DNA of 37,488 nucleotides from Verrucomicrobiota bacterium. Lineage in GTDB: Bacteria; Verrucomicrobiota; Verrucomicrobiia; Limisphaerales; UBA9464. The notes under the pieces were generated by a model, which was not told the origin of the DNA, did no database searches, and worked only from the letters and a program-made list of their open reading frames with translations. Below, one piece after another: positions 1-6,639 of the stretch. The translations under genes were made by a program, and so were the position numbers. Each line of letters begins with the position of its first letter. Position 1 is the first letter of the stretch. The stretch spans positions 1 to 37,488 of the forward strand of contig JBDKKE010000073.1 in NCBI GenBank assembly GCA_039796255.1, read 5' to 3'.

Positions 1-1398
1 CTCCAACAACAGGGACTTGGTGGCCTGCACGTTTTGTCCGGGGCGGGCCTTGGTCCGCTCATTGATGTCGCGGTCATTGACGTCGTGCCCGTGGCCGTTG
101 GACACCAGCAGGTCCTCCCAACCGTCCAGATCCACATCGAGGAAGAGAGGCGTCCACGACCACCCGGTGGCCGCCACACCGGCAAAGGCGGCGATCTCGG
201 ACCAGGTGCCATCGCCGCGATTCCAGTAGAGGCAGTTGCGGGGAAACTCCTCCCGATCCTCCAGCGCGCCGGGCGTGCGTTGGAGGGGGAACCGACCGCC
301 GGCGGTGCGCAAATGCTGGGGCAGGTCACGATTGAGCATCTCCACCGTGCAGAAGTCGTAGCGTCCATCCCGGTCAAGATCGGCGAAATCCACACCCATG
401 GAGGCCAGGCTCATGTTGCGCAGAGCCAGAGGTGCCGGCTCGCGAAAATGTCCCCGACCATCTCCCAGCCACATCCGGTCGGGCGTCTGAAAATCATTGC
501 AGACATACAGGTCGGCGAAACCGTCCCCATTCATGTCGCGCATCTGAACCGCCAGGCCGAGATCCCACGGCGCGGACATCGGCCGGCCCGATGCGTCGGA
601 GAAGGTCTTCTCCCACTCCGCCTGGGCGAAGTGGCCCGTTCCATCATTGAGATAAAAGGCATCGGGATCCCCAAACTCGAGCAGGATGCCGTCCACAATC
701 CGCAGCCGGTTGGCAAAGCGTCCGGTCACCTGGGGCTGACCATTCACCATGCGGGTGGAGATCACTCCCCCGTCCCGCAGGACGGCCTGAACGGCGAAGT
801 TGCACATATAGAGGTCCAGGTCCCCGTCGCCATCCACATCCCCGAGGGCCATGGAGGAGGCCCCCGACTTTCCGGTGATTCCCGATTCGGCGGTGATGTC
901 CCGAAAATGCCCCTTCCCGTCATTGATCAGGAGGGCATTGAGACCGCCAAAAGCCGACACGACGAGATCCAGCGCGCCGTCCCCATTGACGTCGGCAAAG
1001 ACCGCGCCGGCCGACGTCTGGTTGGTGCAGGCGACGCCGGCGGATGCCGTCACATTGGTAAAGCGGCCGCCCCCGAGATTGCGATACAACTGGTTGGGTG
1101 CCTGCTTGTGACAAAAGTAGAGATCCACCCAGCCGTCCCCGTCCACATCACCGGCAGCCAGTCCCGATCCGTTCATCAGGTTCTGGAACAGCCGGATCCG
1201 TTCGTCGGAAAGATCGTTGGTGAAATCGATCCCCATCGCCGCCGGATCCATGGGCGTGAAGCCCGGCTTCCCCTCCGCAGGAACGGACAAGGACGCCGAC
1301 CGAAAACCGGCACCCGGCCGCCAGTCTTCAGAAAGTGACGTCTGGACGCCAATGCACGGCAATAGGACGGCAAGAGCCGTTATTACGAAAAAGCGCAT
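1..1398 (-). CDS. CRTAC1/ASPIC-UnbV-type FG-GAP (VCBS) repeat protein, N-terminal 466 codons; 3' end runs off the window
   Basis: Absent from the supplied ORF track because it has no stop inside the window. Manual minus-strand translation from the ATG at 1398 gives MRFFVITALAVLLPCIGV (signal-like). Repeated Ca-binding FG-GAP motifs follow: GDVDGDGWVDLYF, ADVNGDGALDLVV, GDVDGDGDLDLYM, RDMNGDGFADLYV, LDVDLDGWEDLLV. The frame was checked open down to position 1. The 434-aa plus-strand ORF 34..1338 is its antisense shadow. Confidence 0.8.
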   Translation of the reverse strand, partial: MRFFVITALAVLLPCIGVQTSLSEDWRPGAGFRSASLSVPAEGKPGFTPMDPAAMGIDFTNDLSDERIRLFQNLMNGSGLAAGDVDGDGWVDLYFCHKQAPNQLYRNLGGGRFTNVTASAGVACTNQTSAGAVFADVNGDGALDLVVSAFGGLNALLINDGKGHFRDITAESGITGKSGASSMALGDVDGDGDLDLYMCNFAVQAVLRDGGVISTRMVNGQPQVTGRFANRLRIVDGILLEFGDPDAFYLNDGTGHFAQAEWEKTFSDASGRPMSAPWDLGLAVQMRDMNGDGFADLYVCNDFQTPDRMWLGDGRGHFREPAPLALRNMSLASMGVDFADLDRDGRYDFCTVEMLNRDLPQHLRTAGGRFPLQRTPGALEDREEFPRNCLYWNRGDGTWSEIAAFAGVAATGWSWTPLFLDVDLDGWEDLLVSNGHGHDVNDRDINERTKARPGQNVQATKSLLLE

Positions 1399-1452
1399 GG
1401 GGGACGCGGCAAGCCAACGCGACCCATGCGACGCGGTCAACAGTTACCCGCC

Positions 1453-1494
1453 GGAGGAAAGGCAGAAGGCAGAAGGCAGAAGGCAGAGGACAGC
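1453..1494 (-). repeat. Heptanucleotide tandem array (GCCTTCT)n read on the minus strand; about 5 units, 3 perfect
   Basis: The plus strand reads GGAGGAAA GGCAGAA GGCAGAA GGCAGAA GGCAGAG GACAGCC. The array lies in the divergent intergenic region, about 54 nt upstream of the minus-strand ATG at 1398 and in sense orientation to that gene. Confidence 0.9.
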
Positions 1495-1537
1495 CCACCT
1501 CTTGCGTTGGGAAACAACCACCGCATGCTTGCGCCAC

Positions 1538-2485
1538 ATGGTCACCCCTTCACGGAGAGTGCTGATCGTCGGATGCGGCTATGTCGGACTTGAGCTGGGC
1601 CGACAGTTGTCGGTTCTGGGGCACGAGGTGTTCGGACTCCGGCGGAGCTCTGCCGGTGCGGAAGCCCTGCGCGCGGCGGGACTGACGCCGTTGACCGGGG
1701 ACCTGACTCAGTCCGAAACCCTGCTGCATCTACCGGGCCGCTTTGACTGGGTCGTCAACACCGTGTCGTCCTCACGCGGGGGCACCGATGAGTACCGGAC
1801 GGTCTATCGCGACGGCATGCGCAACCTCCTGGACTGGCTTCGGGAACATCCGCCGGAGGCCTTCGCCTACACCAGCAGCACCAGTGTGTACGGACAGACC
1901 TCGGGAGACTGGGTGGATGAATCCGCGCCCACCGAACCCGGAACCGAAACCGGACGCCTGCTGGTGGCGACCGAACAACTGGTGCTGGAGGCAGCCCGCT
2001 CGGGGTCGGTCCCGGGACGTGTTCTGCGGGTGGCCGGAATCTACGGCCCGGGTCGTGGTCATCTCTTCCAACAATTCCTCAAGGACGAGGCCCGGCTGCA
2101 GGGCGACGGCTCCCGCTGGATCAACATGATTCATCGGGACGATGTCGCGGGTGCCCTCATCGCCGCGCTGACCCGTGGTCGGGCCGGCGAACTCTACAAT
2201 GCGGTGGATGACGAACCGGTCTCCCAACTGGGATTCCTGGCGTGGCTCGCGAATCGCCTCAACCGTCCTCTACCACCGCAGGCCACTCCCGAAGAGGCCG
2301 CGGGACGCAAGCGGGGCTTCACCCACAAACGGGTCAGCAACCGCAAACTGCGGACGGAGACGGACTGGATCCCCCGGCATCCCACCTTCCGGGAAGGCTA
2401 CGCCGGTGACGTGGAGGCCCAGCTCGATGCCGCTGTGATTCCCAACAACCGCGCCCGCGATCCGCTGTCCAACGACGACCGGTGA
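1538..2485 (+). CDS. SDR-family NAD(P)-dependent epimerase/oxidoreductase
   Basis: Internal ATG of ORF 1217..2485. The N-terminus MVTPSRRVLIVGCGYVGLELGRQL is a Rossmann GxGxxG. Later motifs include YTSSTSVYG and RVAGIYGPGRG. The ORF part upstream of 1538 overlaps the heptamer array and the divergent promoter. Confidence 0.8.
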   Translation: MVTPSRRVLIVGCGYVGLELGRQLSVLGHEVFGLRRSSAGAEALRAAGLTPLTGDLTQSETLLHLPGRFDWVVNTVSSSRGGTDEYRTVYRDGMRNLLDWLREHPPEAFAYTSSTSVYGQTSGDWVDESAPTEPGTETGRLLVATEQLVLEAARSGSVPGRVLRVAGIYGPGRGHLFQQFLKDEARLQGDGSRWINMIHRDDVAGALIAALTRGRAGELYNAVDDEPVSQLGFLAWLANRLNRPLPPQATPEEAAGRKRGFTHKRVSNRKLRTETDWIPRHPTFREGYAGDVEAQLDAAVIPNNRARDPLSNDDR

Positions 2486-2545
2486 AGCTCGCAAAACTAG
2501 CGCCGTCCTGAACCCGGGATCAGCAACACGCCAGCGTTCACCGTT

Positions 2546-2622
2546 GGTCCTTGGCTATCGCCTATCGCCTATTGCCTATCGCCTAGTGCCTATTGCCTAT
2601 TGGCTATCGCCTCCTCCGCCGC
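2546..2622 (+). repeat. Graded heptad array A (about 11 units: GGTCCTT GGCTATC GCCTATC GCCTATT GCCTATC GCCTAGT GCCTATT GCCTATT GGCTATC GCCTCCT CCGCCGC)
   Basis: Contiguous 7-bp periodicity read directly, starting 60 nt after the SDR stop. The flanks (GTCCTTGG on the left, CCGCCGC..CTCACCC on the right) resemble those of arrays B and C. Confidence 0.9.
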
Positions 2623-2702
2623 TCCTCACCCGACGCCACCGACCTCCGGTGAAGCTTGCGGGCTTGCTGGGCGGGGCGGACCGAGCCATCGTCATCGCTG
2701 TG

Positions 2703-2903
2703 ATGGCGGACGAACAGGCAGGCCCGGACCAAACGCATGCGCTTCGCCAGATGTCGCCGGCCGAACGTTGGCGGGTGGCGCACCGGCTCTACTGGACGAT
2801 GCGCCGGCATAAGACGGCATTTCTGCGCGCCCGACATCCGGACTGGTCCGAGCAAAGGGTGAGCGAACAAGTACGCCGCAATTTCCAGCATGCTGGAGCC
2901 TGA
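2703..2903 (+). CDS. Small helical protein (66 aa), upstream partner of nucleotidyltransferase module 1
   Basis: ATG at 2703 inside ORF 2544..2903; the earlier part of that ORF is a translated heptad array. Sequence: MADEQAGPDQTHALRQMSPAERWRVAHRLYWTMRRHKTAFLRARHPDWSEQRVSEQVRRNF. It overlaps the next ORF by 14 nt, which suggests translational coupling. Confidence 0.45.
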   Translation: MADEQAGPDQTHALRQMSPAERWRVAHRLYWTMRRHKTAFLRARHPDWSEQRVSEQVRRNFQHAGA

Positions 2904-3447
2904 TCTGATCGAACTGTTCGTCCGACCGCTGACGAAGGAGGGAGTGCGTTATTTTGTCAGCGGGAGCGTCGCCGCCATGCTTTACGGTGAGCCGCGGGTG
3001 ACGCTCGACATTGATCTCGTGGTCTTCCTTCGTCCGGCTGATAACGACCGACTCGCGCTGATATTCCCAGCACCGGAGTTCTACGTCCCCCCGGCCGAGG
3101 TGATCGCCGTCGAAGCGGCGCGCGAACGGCGGGGCCATTTTAACATCATCCATGCCGAATCCGGCCTTAAGGCGGATTTTTATACGGCGAATCGGGACGA
3201 ACTTCACGGTTGGGCCTTTCGCAGGACCCAGCAGTATACCATTGGTGATCTAACCGTGTCCGTGGCACCACCGGAGTATGTGATCGTGCGCAAGCTGGAG
3301 TATTTTCGGGAAGGCGGGTCGGAGAAACATCTGCGCGATATTCGGGGGATTTTGGCAGTGTCCGGGGAACTGTTGGATCAGGCTGAACTATTGCAGTGGG
3401 TGGCGCGGCGCGGATTAATGGCGGAATGGGAGAAGGCGGGTGCCTGA
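2890..3447 (+). CDS. Minimal nucleotidyltransferase-fold protein (185 aa)
   Basis: GVRYFVSGSVAAMLYGEPRVTLDIDLVV matches the G[SG]-x(10-12)-DxD signature of the pol-beta-type NTase fold. The C-terminal part contains YVIVRKLEYFREGGSEKHLRDIRGIL. Confidence 0.7.
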   Translation: MLEPDLIELFVRPLTKEGVRYFVSGSVAAMLYGEPRVTLDIDLVVFLRPADNDRLALIFPAPEFYVPPAEVIAVEAARERRGHFNIIHAESGLKADFYTANRDELHGWAFRRTQQYTIGDLTVSVAPPEYVIVRKLEYFREGGSEKHLRDIRGILAVSGELLDQAELLQWVARRGLMAEWEKAGA

Positions 3448-3555
3448 TCGCGCGCCAGACGGCCGAACCGTGGTCGGCGGGACGGCTCCATTGAAGAAGG
3501 AAGTGCGACGGCTGGAAAAGCCTGCTGCGCCAGCATTGCGCGGAGTGGGCTGAGT

Positions 3556-3664
3556 TGTCCTTGGTCCTTGCCTATCGCCTATCGCCTATCGCCTATCGCC
3601 TATCGCCTATCGCCTATTCGTCACTGCTCCTTGGCTATCGGCTATCGGCTATCGGCTCCGCCGC
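3556..3664 (+). repeat. Graded heptad array B (GCCTATC x6, GCCTATT, two degenerate units, GGCTATC x3, GGCTCCG)
   Basis: Read directly. It has the same left flank (GAGTTGTCCTTGGTCCTT) as array C. Confidence 0.9.
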
Positions 3665-3722
3665 AGCCGCTCCATGATCCGCGGGATGATCTCGGAAAGG
3701 GGACGGCCCGCGCTGACCCGCG
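3661..3722 (-). pseudogene. Fragment of a DUF721/DciA-like gene (20 codons, RVSAGRPLSEIIPRIMERLR)
   Basis: The minus-strand translation is identical at protein level to the matching stretch of CDS 5087..5518. The two nucleotide differences I could place (AGC/AGT, GCG/GCC) are synonymous. The fragment is joined directly to the heptad array through a CCGC microhomology, and about 244 bp of the gene 3' part are missing. Confidence 0.7.
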
Positions 3723-3793
3723 GGGCGGCGGAACGGGCGTTACGAGGCGCAGACCGAGTTCCACACGGTCGCAACTTGCGCTACCTCGTTTAG

Positions 3794-3982
3794 CCGTATC
3801 CATGCAGTAGGATTGGGGAGAGAGCGCGCCCCGCGTGCTGCGGACGGCGCCTCGCCGTCCGCGTCGGGCGTGTGGAGTCACCACCATTCAGTGAGCAGTG
3901 ACGCGCACCGACCGGGGCGAGGCGCCCCGGTCAACACGCGAGGCGCGTGCGCTCCCCAGAGAAATCATCTGCATGGATACGG
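3794..3982. mobile_element. MITE-like 189-bp palindromic element with a 5-bp target-site duplication
   Basis: Perfect 14-bp terminal inverted repeats: CCGTATCCATGCAG (3794-3807) and CTGCATGGATACGG (3969-3982). Imperfect pairing extends to about 45 bp. Flanking direct repeats TTTAG lie at 3789-3793 and 3983-3987. Two perfect internal 10-bp hairpins are present: GCGGACGGCG/CGCCGTCCGC at 3840-3862 and GACCGGGGCG/CGCCCCGGTC at 3910-3932. It has no coding capacity. Confidence 0.55.
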
Positions 3983-4000
3983 TTTAGGGAGCCGGTCCTT

Positions 4001-4459
4001 TCAGGGAGACTCCGGCAGGTTATCCAAGTCGGCGAGATCCTTGTTCCTGCCGCTGGCGCGCTTGTTCCGTCGCAAATCCACCAGCGAAATCAGCTTCACC
4101 GGCTCGCCGTCGATGGTCGTTTCCTCCCGGCGCCGATACGCGTCGGAAAATTCCAGGCCACTGCAATGCTTGAACACTTCAATCTTGTTCGGCACACGGC
4201 CGAGGAACAGTGCCTCGTTCTCCTGCAAGAATCGCTTATCAAGCCCGGCAAGGTCTTCACCAAAAAAATCTCGGATGGCTGCCAGCAGGAGATCAAGGTT
4301 GGCCTCCGAAACCGCTATCCAGAAGTCGATATCCTCTGTGAAGCGATGATAGCCGTAATGATTCACGGCGTAGCCACCCACCAGGAGGTATTCAACTCCG
4401 GCGCGATTCAGGCACGCCAAAAACTCGCGGAATTCGGGTGTCAATTGCCTCTTGGCCAT
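4001..4459 (-). CDS. Minimal nucleotidyltransferase-fold protein (152 aa), paralogous in architecture to 2890..3447
   Basis: GVEYLLVGGYAVNHYGYHRFTEDIDFWI matches the GG-x11-DxD signature. The C-terminal part contains LISLVDLRRNKRASGRNKDLADLDNL. Confidence 0.7.
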   Translation of the reverse strand: MAKRQLTPEFREFLACLNRAGVEYLLVGGYAVNHYGYHRFTEDIDFWIAVSEANLDLLLAAIRDFFGEDLAGLDKRFLQENEALFLGRVPNKIEVFKHCSGLEFSDAYRRREETTIDGEPVKLISLVDLRRNKRASGRNKDLADLDNLPESP

Positions 4460-4598
4460 AGTTGAGGATCCTCAATGCTTCCAGCGCTTCCATTCGTTCT
4501 TGCGGAGTTCGCGACCACCAATATCGGCGCAACTCGGTGTCCGCCTCCGCGAAATTTGCATACGCACCAAATTGGCGAAAAGAGTGGTGCCTTTTCAT
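4392..4598 (-). CDS. Small protein (68 aa), upstream partner of nucleotidyltransferase module 2
   Basis: ATG at 4598 (alternative at 4628) within ORF 4392..4787. Sequence: MKRHHSFRQFGAYANFAEADTELRRYWWSRTPQERMEALEALRILNYGQEAIDTRIPRV. It overlaps the NTase start by 68 nt in another frame. Confidence 0.4.
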   Translation of the reverse strand: MKRHHSFRQFGAYANFAEADTELRRYWWSRTPQERMEALEALRILNYGQEAIDTRIPRVFGVPESRRS

Positions 4599-4718
4599 GA
4601 CGCCCAGAGCGGGCACGTCATTGTTCATCCCGCGAGGGTACCACCACCCCCCGCAGATCACAGCCCGAACGCGCTCAAACCGACCCGTACCCCGTGGAGC
4701 TACTGAAGTGGACCCCTG

Positions 4719-5003
4719 GTGGATCCGGCGCCGCCGGAGTCTGGCGCCGAACGGGACGCGGGCTGGGAGAATTACCTGCTCACCCAATCCCTGGAGCAGG
4801 CGCGCGCGAAGGTCGAAGAGCGGCAGTTCCAGATCTTCGACCTCTCCATGATGACGGGTTGGCCGCCGGGAGAGGTCGCCCGGACGTGGGGATTCTCGCT
4901 AGCCCGAGTCTATCTCACCAAACACCGCGTGGCAGAACTCCTGAAGAAAGAAGGGCGACGGCTGGAAAAGCCTGCTACGCCAGGATTTCGCGGAGTGGGC
5001 TGA
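4719..5003 (+). pseudogene. 5'-truncated sigma-70/ECF-type sigma factor (region 4 only)
   Basis: RQFQIFDLSMMTGWPPGEVARTWGFSLARVYLTKHRVAELLKKEGRRLE is a region 4.2 helix-turn-helix. The frame opens only at 4707, after a TGA. No region 2 is visible upstream in any frame. Confidence 0.55.
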
Positions 5004-5005
5004 GT

Positions 5006-5080
5006 TGTCCTTGGTCCTTGCCTATCGCCTATCGGCCACCGGTCCTTGGCTATTGGCTATTGGCTATCGGCTCCGCCGCC
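5006..5080 (+). repeat. Graded heptad array C (GCCTATC x2, GGCCACC, GGTCCTT, GGCTATT x2, GGCTATC, GGCTCCG)
   Basis: Read directly. It fills the gap between the sigma-fragment stop (5003) and the dciA-like stop (5087). Confidence 0.9.
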
Positions 5081-5086
5081 CCCCCC

Positions 5087-5518
5087 TCACCCCACGCGAA
5101 AGGAAATCTTCTTCACCACTTCCTTGCCCATGGCGTCCTGGACCCGCTCGATGATTTCGCGGCGGCGGTAGCGGATGATTTCCTCCAGCCACACGCTGTT
5201 ATCCACAGACACGAAGAGCGTCCCGCGGACCAGTCCGACGGGCTGGGAATGGGCGGCCACCCGGGGATCCACAATCTGTTTCCACAGGGTGACGATTTGG
5301 GATTCGGACTGCCGTTTGTCGATCCGCAGCCGCTCCATGATCCGCGGGATGATCTCGGAAAGGGGACGGCCGGCACTGACCCGCGCCCGCTCCGCCTCCG
5401 TGAGATCCGTGCGACGCCATTCCGCCAGCACCCGCCGACGGGCCCGGCGGGCGCGCGCGGCAACGGCGGATCCAGTCCCGGCAGGCGGGACGGGGGGCGT
5501 TGGGACGGTTTCGGACAT
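5087..5518 (-). CDS. DUF721 domain protein (DciA-like)
   Basis: LWKQIVDPRVAAHSQPVGLVRGTLFVSVDNSVWLEEIIRYRRREIIERV is the typical DUF721 core. The N-terminus is Arg-rich. Confidence 0.7.
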   Translation of the reverse strand: MSETVPTPPVPPAGTGSAVAARARRARRRVLAEWRRTDLTEAERARVSAGRPLSEIIPRIMERLRIDKRQSESQIVTLWKQIVDPRVAAHSQPVGLVRGTLFVSVDNSVWLEEIIRYRRREIIERVQDAMGKEVVKKISFRVG

Positions 5519-5630
5519 CGCGGGACACCACTTCGGGCACCCGCCGCCACCGGGTCAAGCCGGGGGTCGGCGATTCACGGGATGATTTTTCGTTTCCCGC
5601 CGTAAACCCGATTTGCCACCCTCACGCATC

Positions 5631-6593
5631 ATGCGTTGGCTCCGTCGACTTTTTGCCCTGCTGAGCGTGTCCCTGGCCCTCGCCGCCGCCGGTGCTGCCG
5701 AGTTCAAGCTGATTACCGGGGACGTGTACCGCGGAGATCTCTCGGCAGCGGACAACGACGGCATCGTCGTCCGACTGGAAACCGGTGAATTTTCGCCGCG
5801 GATCGACTGGGCCAAGCTCAGCGACGAGACGCTGCGTCAACTGCTGGAGAATCCACGCGCCAAGCCCTTTGCCGAACCCCTGGTGGAACCCACGGAGGTC
5901 TTCGTGCCGGTCAAGGTGAAGGAAATTGCGGTGCGTCCGGTGACGGGACGGGTCGCGCTGCCGGAGGGAGTCAAAAAGGGGCTGCTCAGCGCCCTCATCT
6001 CCCCCAACGGACTGATTCTGCTCATCGCCTTGTTCTTCGCCAACCTGTACGCCGCCTTTGAGGTCGCCCGCTTCAAGTGGCGCCCGGTGGCCCTGGTCTG
6101 CGGGCTTTCGGCCGTCCTGCCCGTGGTGGGCTGGGTGATCTTCCTGATCCTCCCCCGGGTGACGGTGGCTGAGCAGGAAAGCGCCACTGACGCGGCCGTG
6201 GCCAACACCAGTGTTTCGGTCGGCACGTCCGCACCTTCCGCCAACGAGGCGCCGAGGGGTGGCGCGGCGGCGGCCCTTGGACTGTCCAAGGCGTCCGGCG
6301 GATCCGGCGGCGGCGGCGGCGATGGCGGGCCCAAGGTCTTCAAGCGTGGGGAAACAACCTTCAACCGGCGGTTCTTCGAGACCCAGTTCCCCACCTTCTT
6401 CCGCGTGATCGCGACAGAGGCCGACAAGGATCAGGTGATCGATGTGGCCGCCGGCAAGAGCAGCGTGGTCGCCTCCCGGATCAGCCGCATCTCGGCGACG
6501 GAAATCCATTTCAAGACCGCCAACAACCAGGAGATGGGGGTTAGTTTCGCCGACATGACGCAGGTGACCCTCCGTCACAAGGATGCAGCCTGA
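5631..6593 (+). CDS. Secreted/membrane protein of unknown function
   Basis: ATG at 5631 gives MRWLRRLFALLSVSLALAAAGAAEF (signal peptide). Two hydrophobic helices follow (LILLIALFFANLYAAF, LVCGLSAVLPVVGWVIFLILP), then a Gly/Ala-rich linker and a C-terminal domain. The ORF-track start at 5613 is a TTG. Confidence 0.6.
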   Translation: MRWLRRLFALLSVSLALAAAGAAEFKLITGDVYRGDLSAADNDGIVVRLETGEFSPRIDWAKLSDETLRQLLENPRAKPFAEPLVEPTEVFVPVKVKEIAVRPVTGRVALPEGVKKGLLSALISPNGLILLIALFFANLYAAFEVARFKWRPVALVCGLSAVLPVVGWVIFLILPRVTVAEQESATDAAVANTSVSVGTSAPSANEAPRGGAAAALGLSKASGGSGGGGGDGGPKVFKRGETTFNRRFFETQFPTFFRVIATEADKDQVIDVAAGKSSVVASRISRISATEIHFKTANNQEMGVSFADMTQVTLRHKDAA

Positions 6594-6639
6594 GCCTCCC
6601 CCTATCGCCCCAGACCACCCTCTCCCGCCTCCGCGCTGC

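Larger units (their letters stand above)
3491..3722 (+). repeat. Segmental duplicate of 4941-5080 + 5324-5385 (sigma-factor tail + heptad array + dciA-like fragment)
   Basis: TTGAAGAAGGAAGTGCGACGGCTGGAAAAGCCTGCTGCGCCAGCATTGCGCGGAGTGGGCTGAGTTGTCCTTGGTCCTTGCCTATCGCC aligns with 4941-5030. CCGCAGCCGCTCCATGATCCGCGGGATGATCTCGGAAAGGGGACGGCC aligns with 5324-5371. Confidence 0.85.

Noticed and set aside
34-1338. A 434-aa plus-strand ORF, the longest listed ORF at the left edge
   Set aside because: It is the antisense shadow of the minus-strand FG-GAP gene (1-1398). The translation is Gly/Arg/Pro/His-rich with no motifs, while the opposite strand gives clean repeated DxDxDG FG-GAP motifs and a signal peptide.
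2544-2702. ORF segments encoding PIAYRLS / AIGYWLL-type peptide repeats (also 3568..3810, 8036..8701, 27528..28559, 27619..28485, 28244..28522)
   Set aside because: They are translations of 7-bp tandem arrays. The period is not a multiple of 3, so all three frames cycle. The arrays are intergenic and occur in both orientations.
3794-3982. Retron msr/msd-type ncRNA hypothesis for the multi-stem palindrome
   Set aside because: No reverse transcriptase gene lies nearby. The TTTAG direct flanks and perfect terminal inverted repeats fit a MITE better.
2486-5086. Classical integron interpretation of the cassette-like islet
   Set aside because: There is no intI integrase and no attC-type imperfect palindromes. 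The boundaries are non-palindromic heptad arrays. Only the analogy is kept, as a hypothesis.
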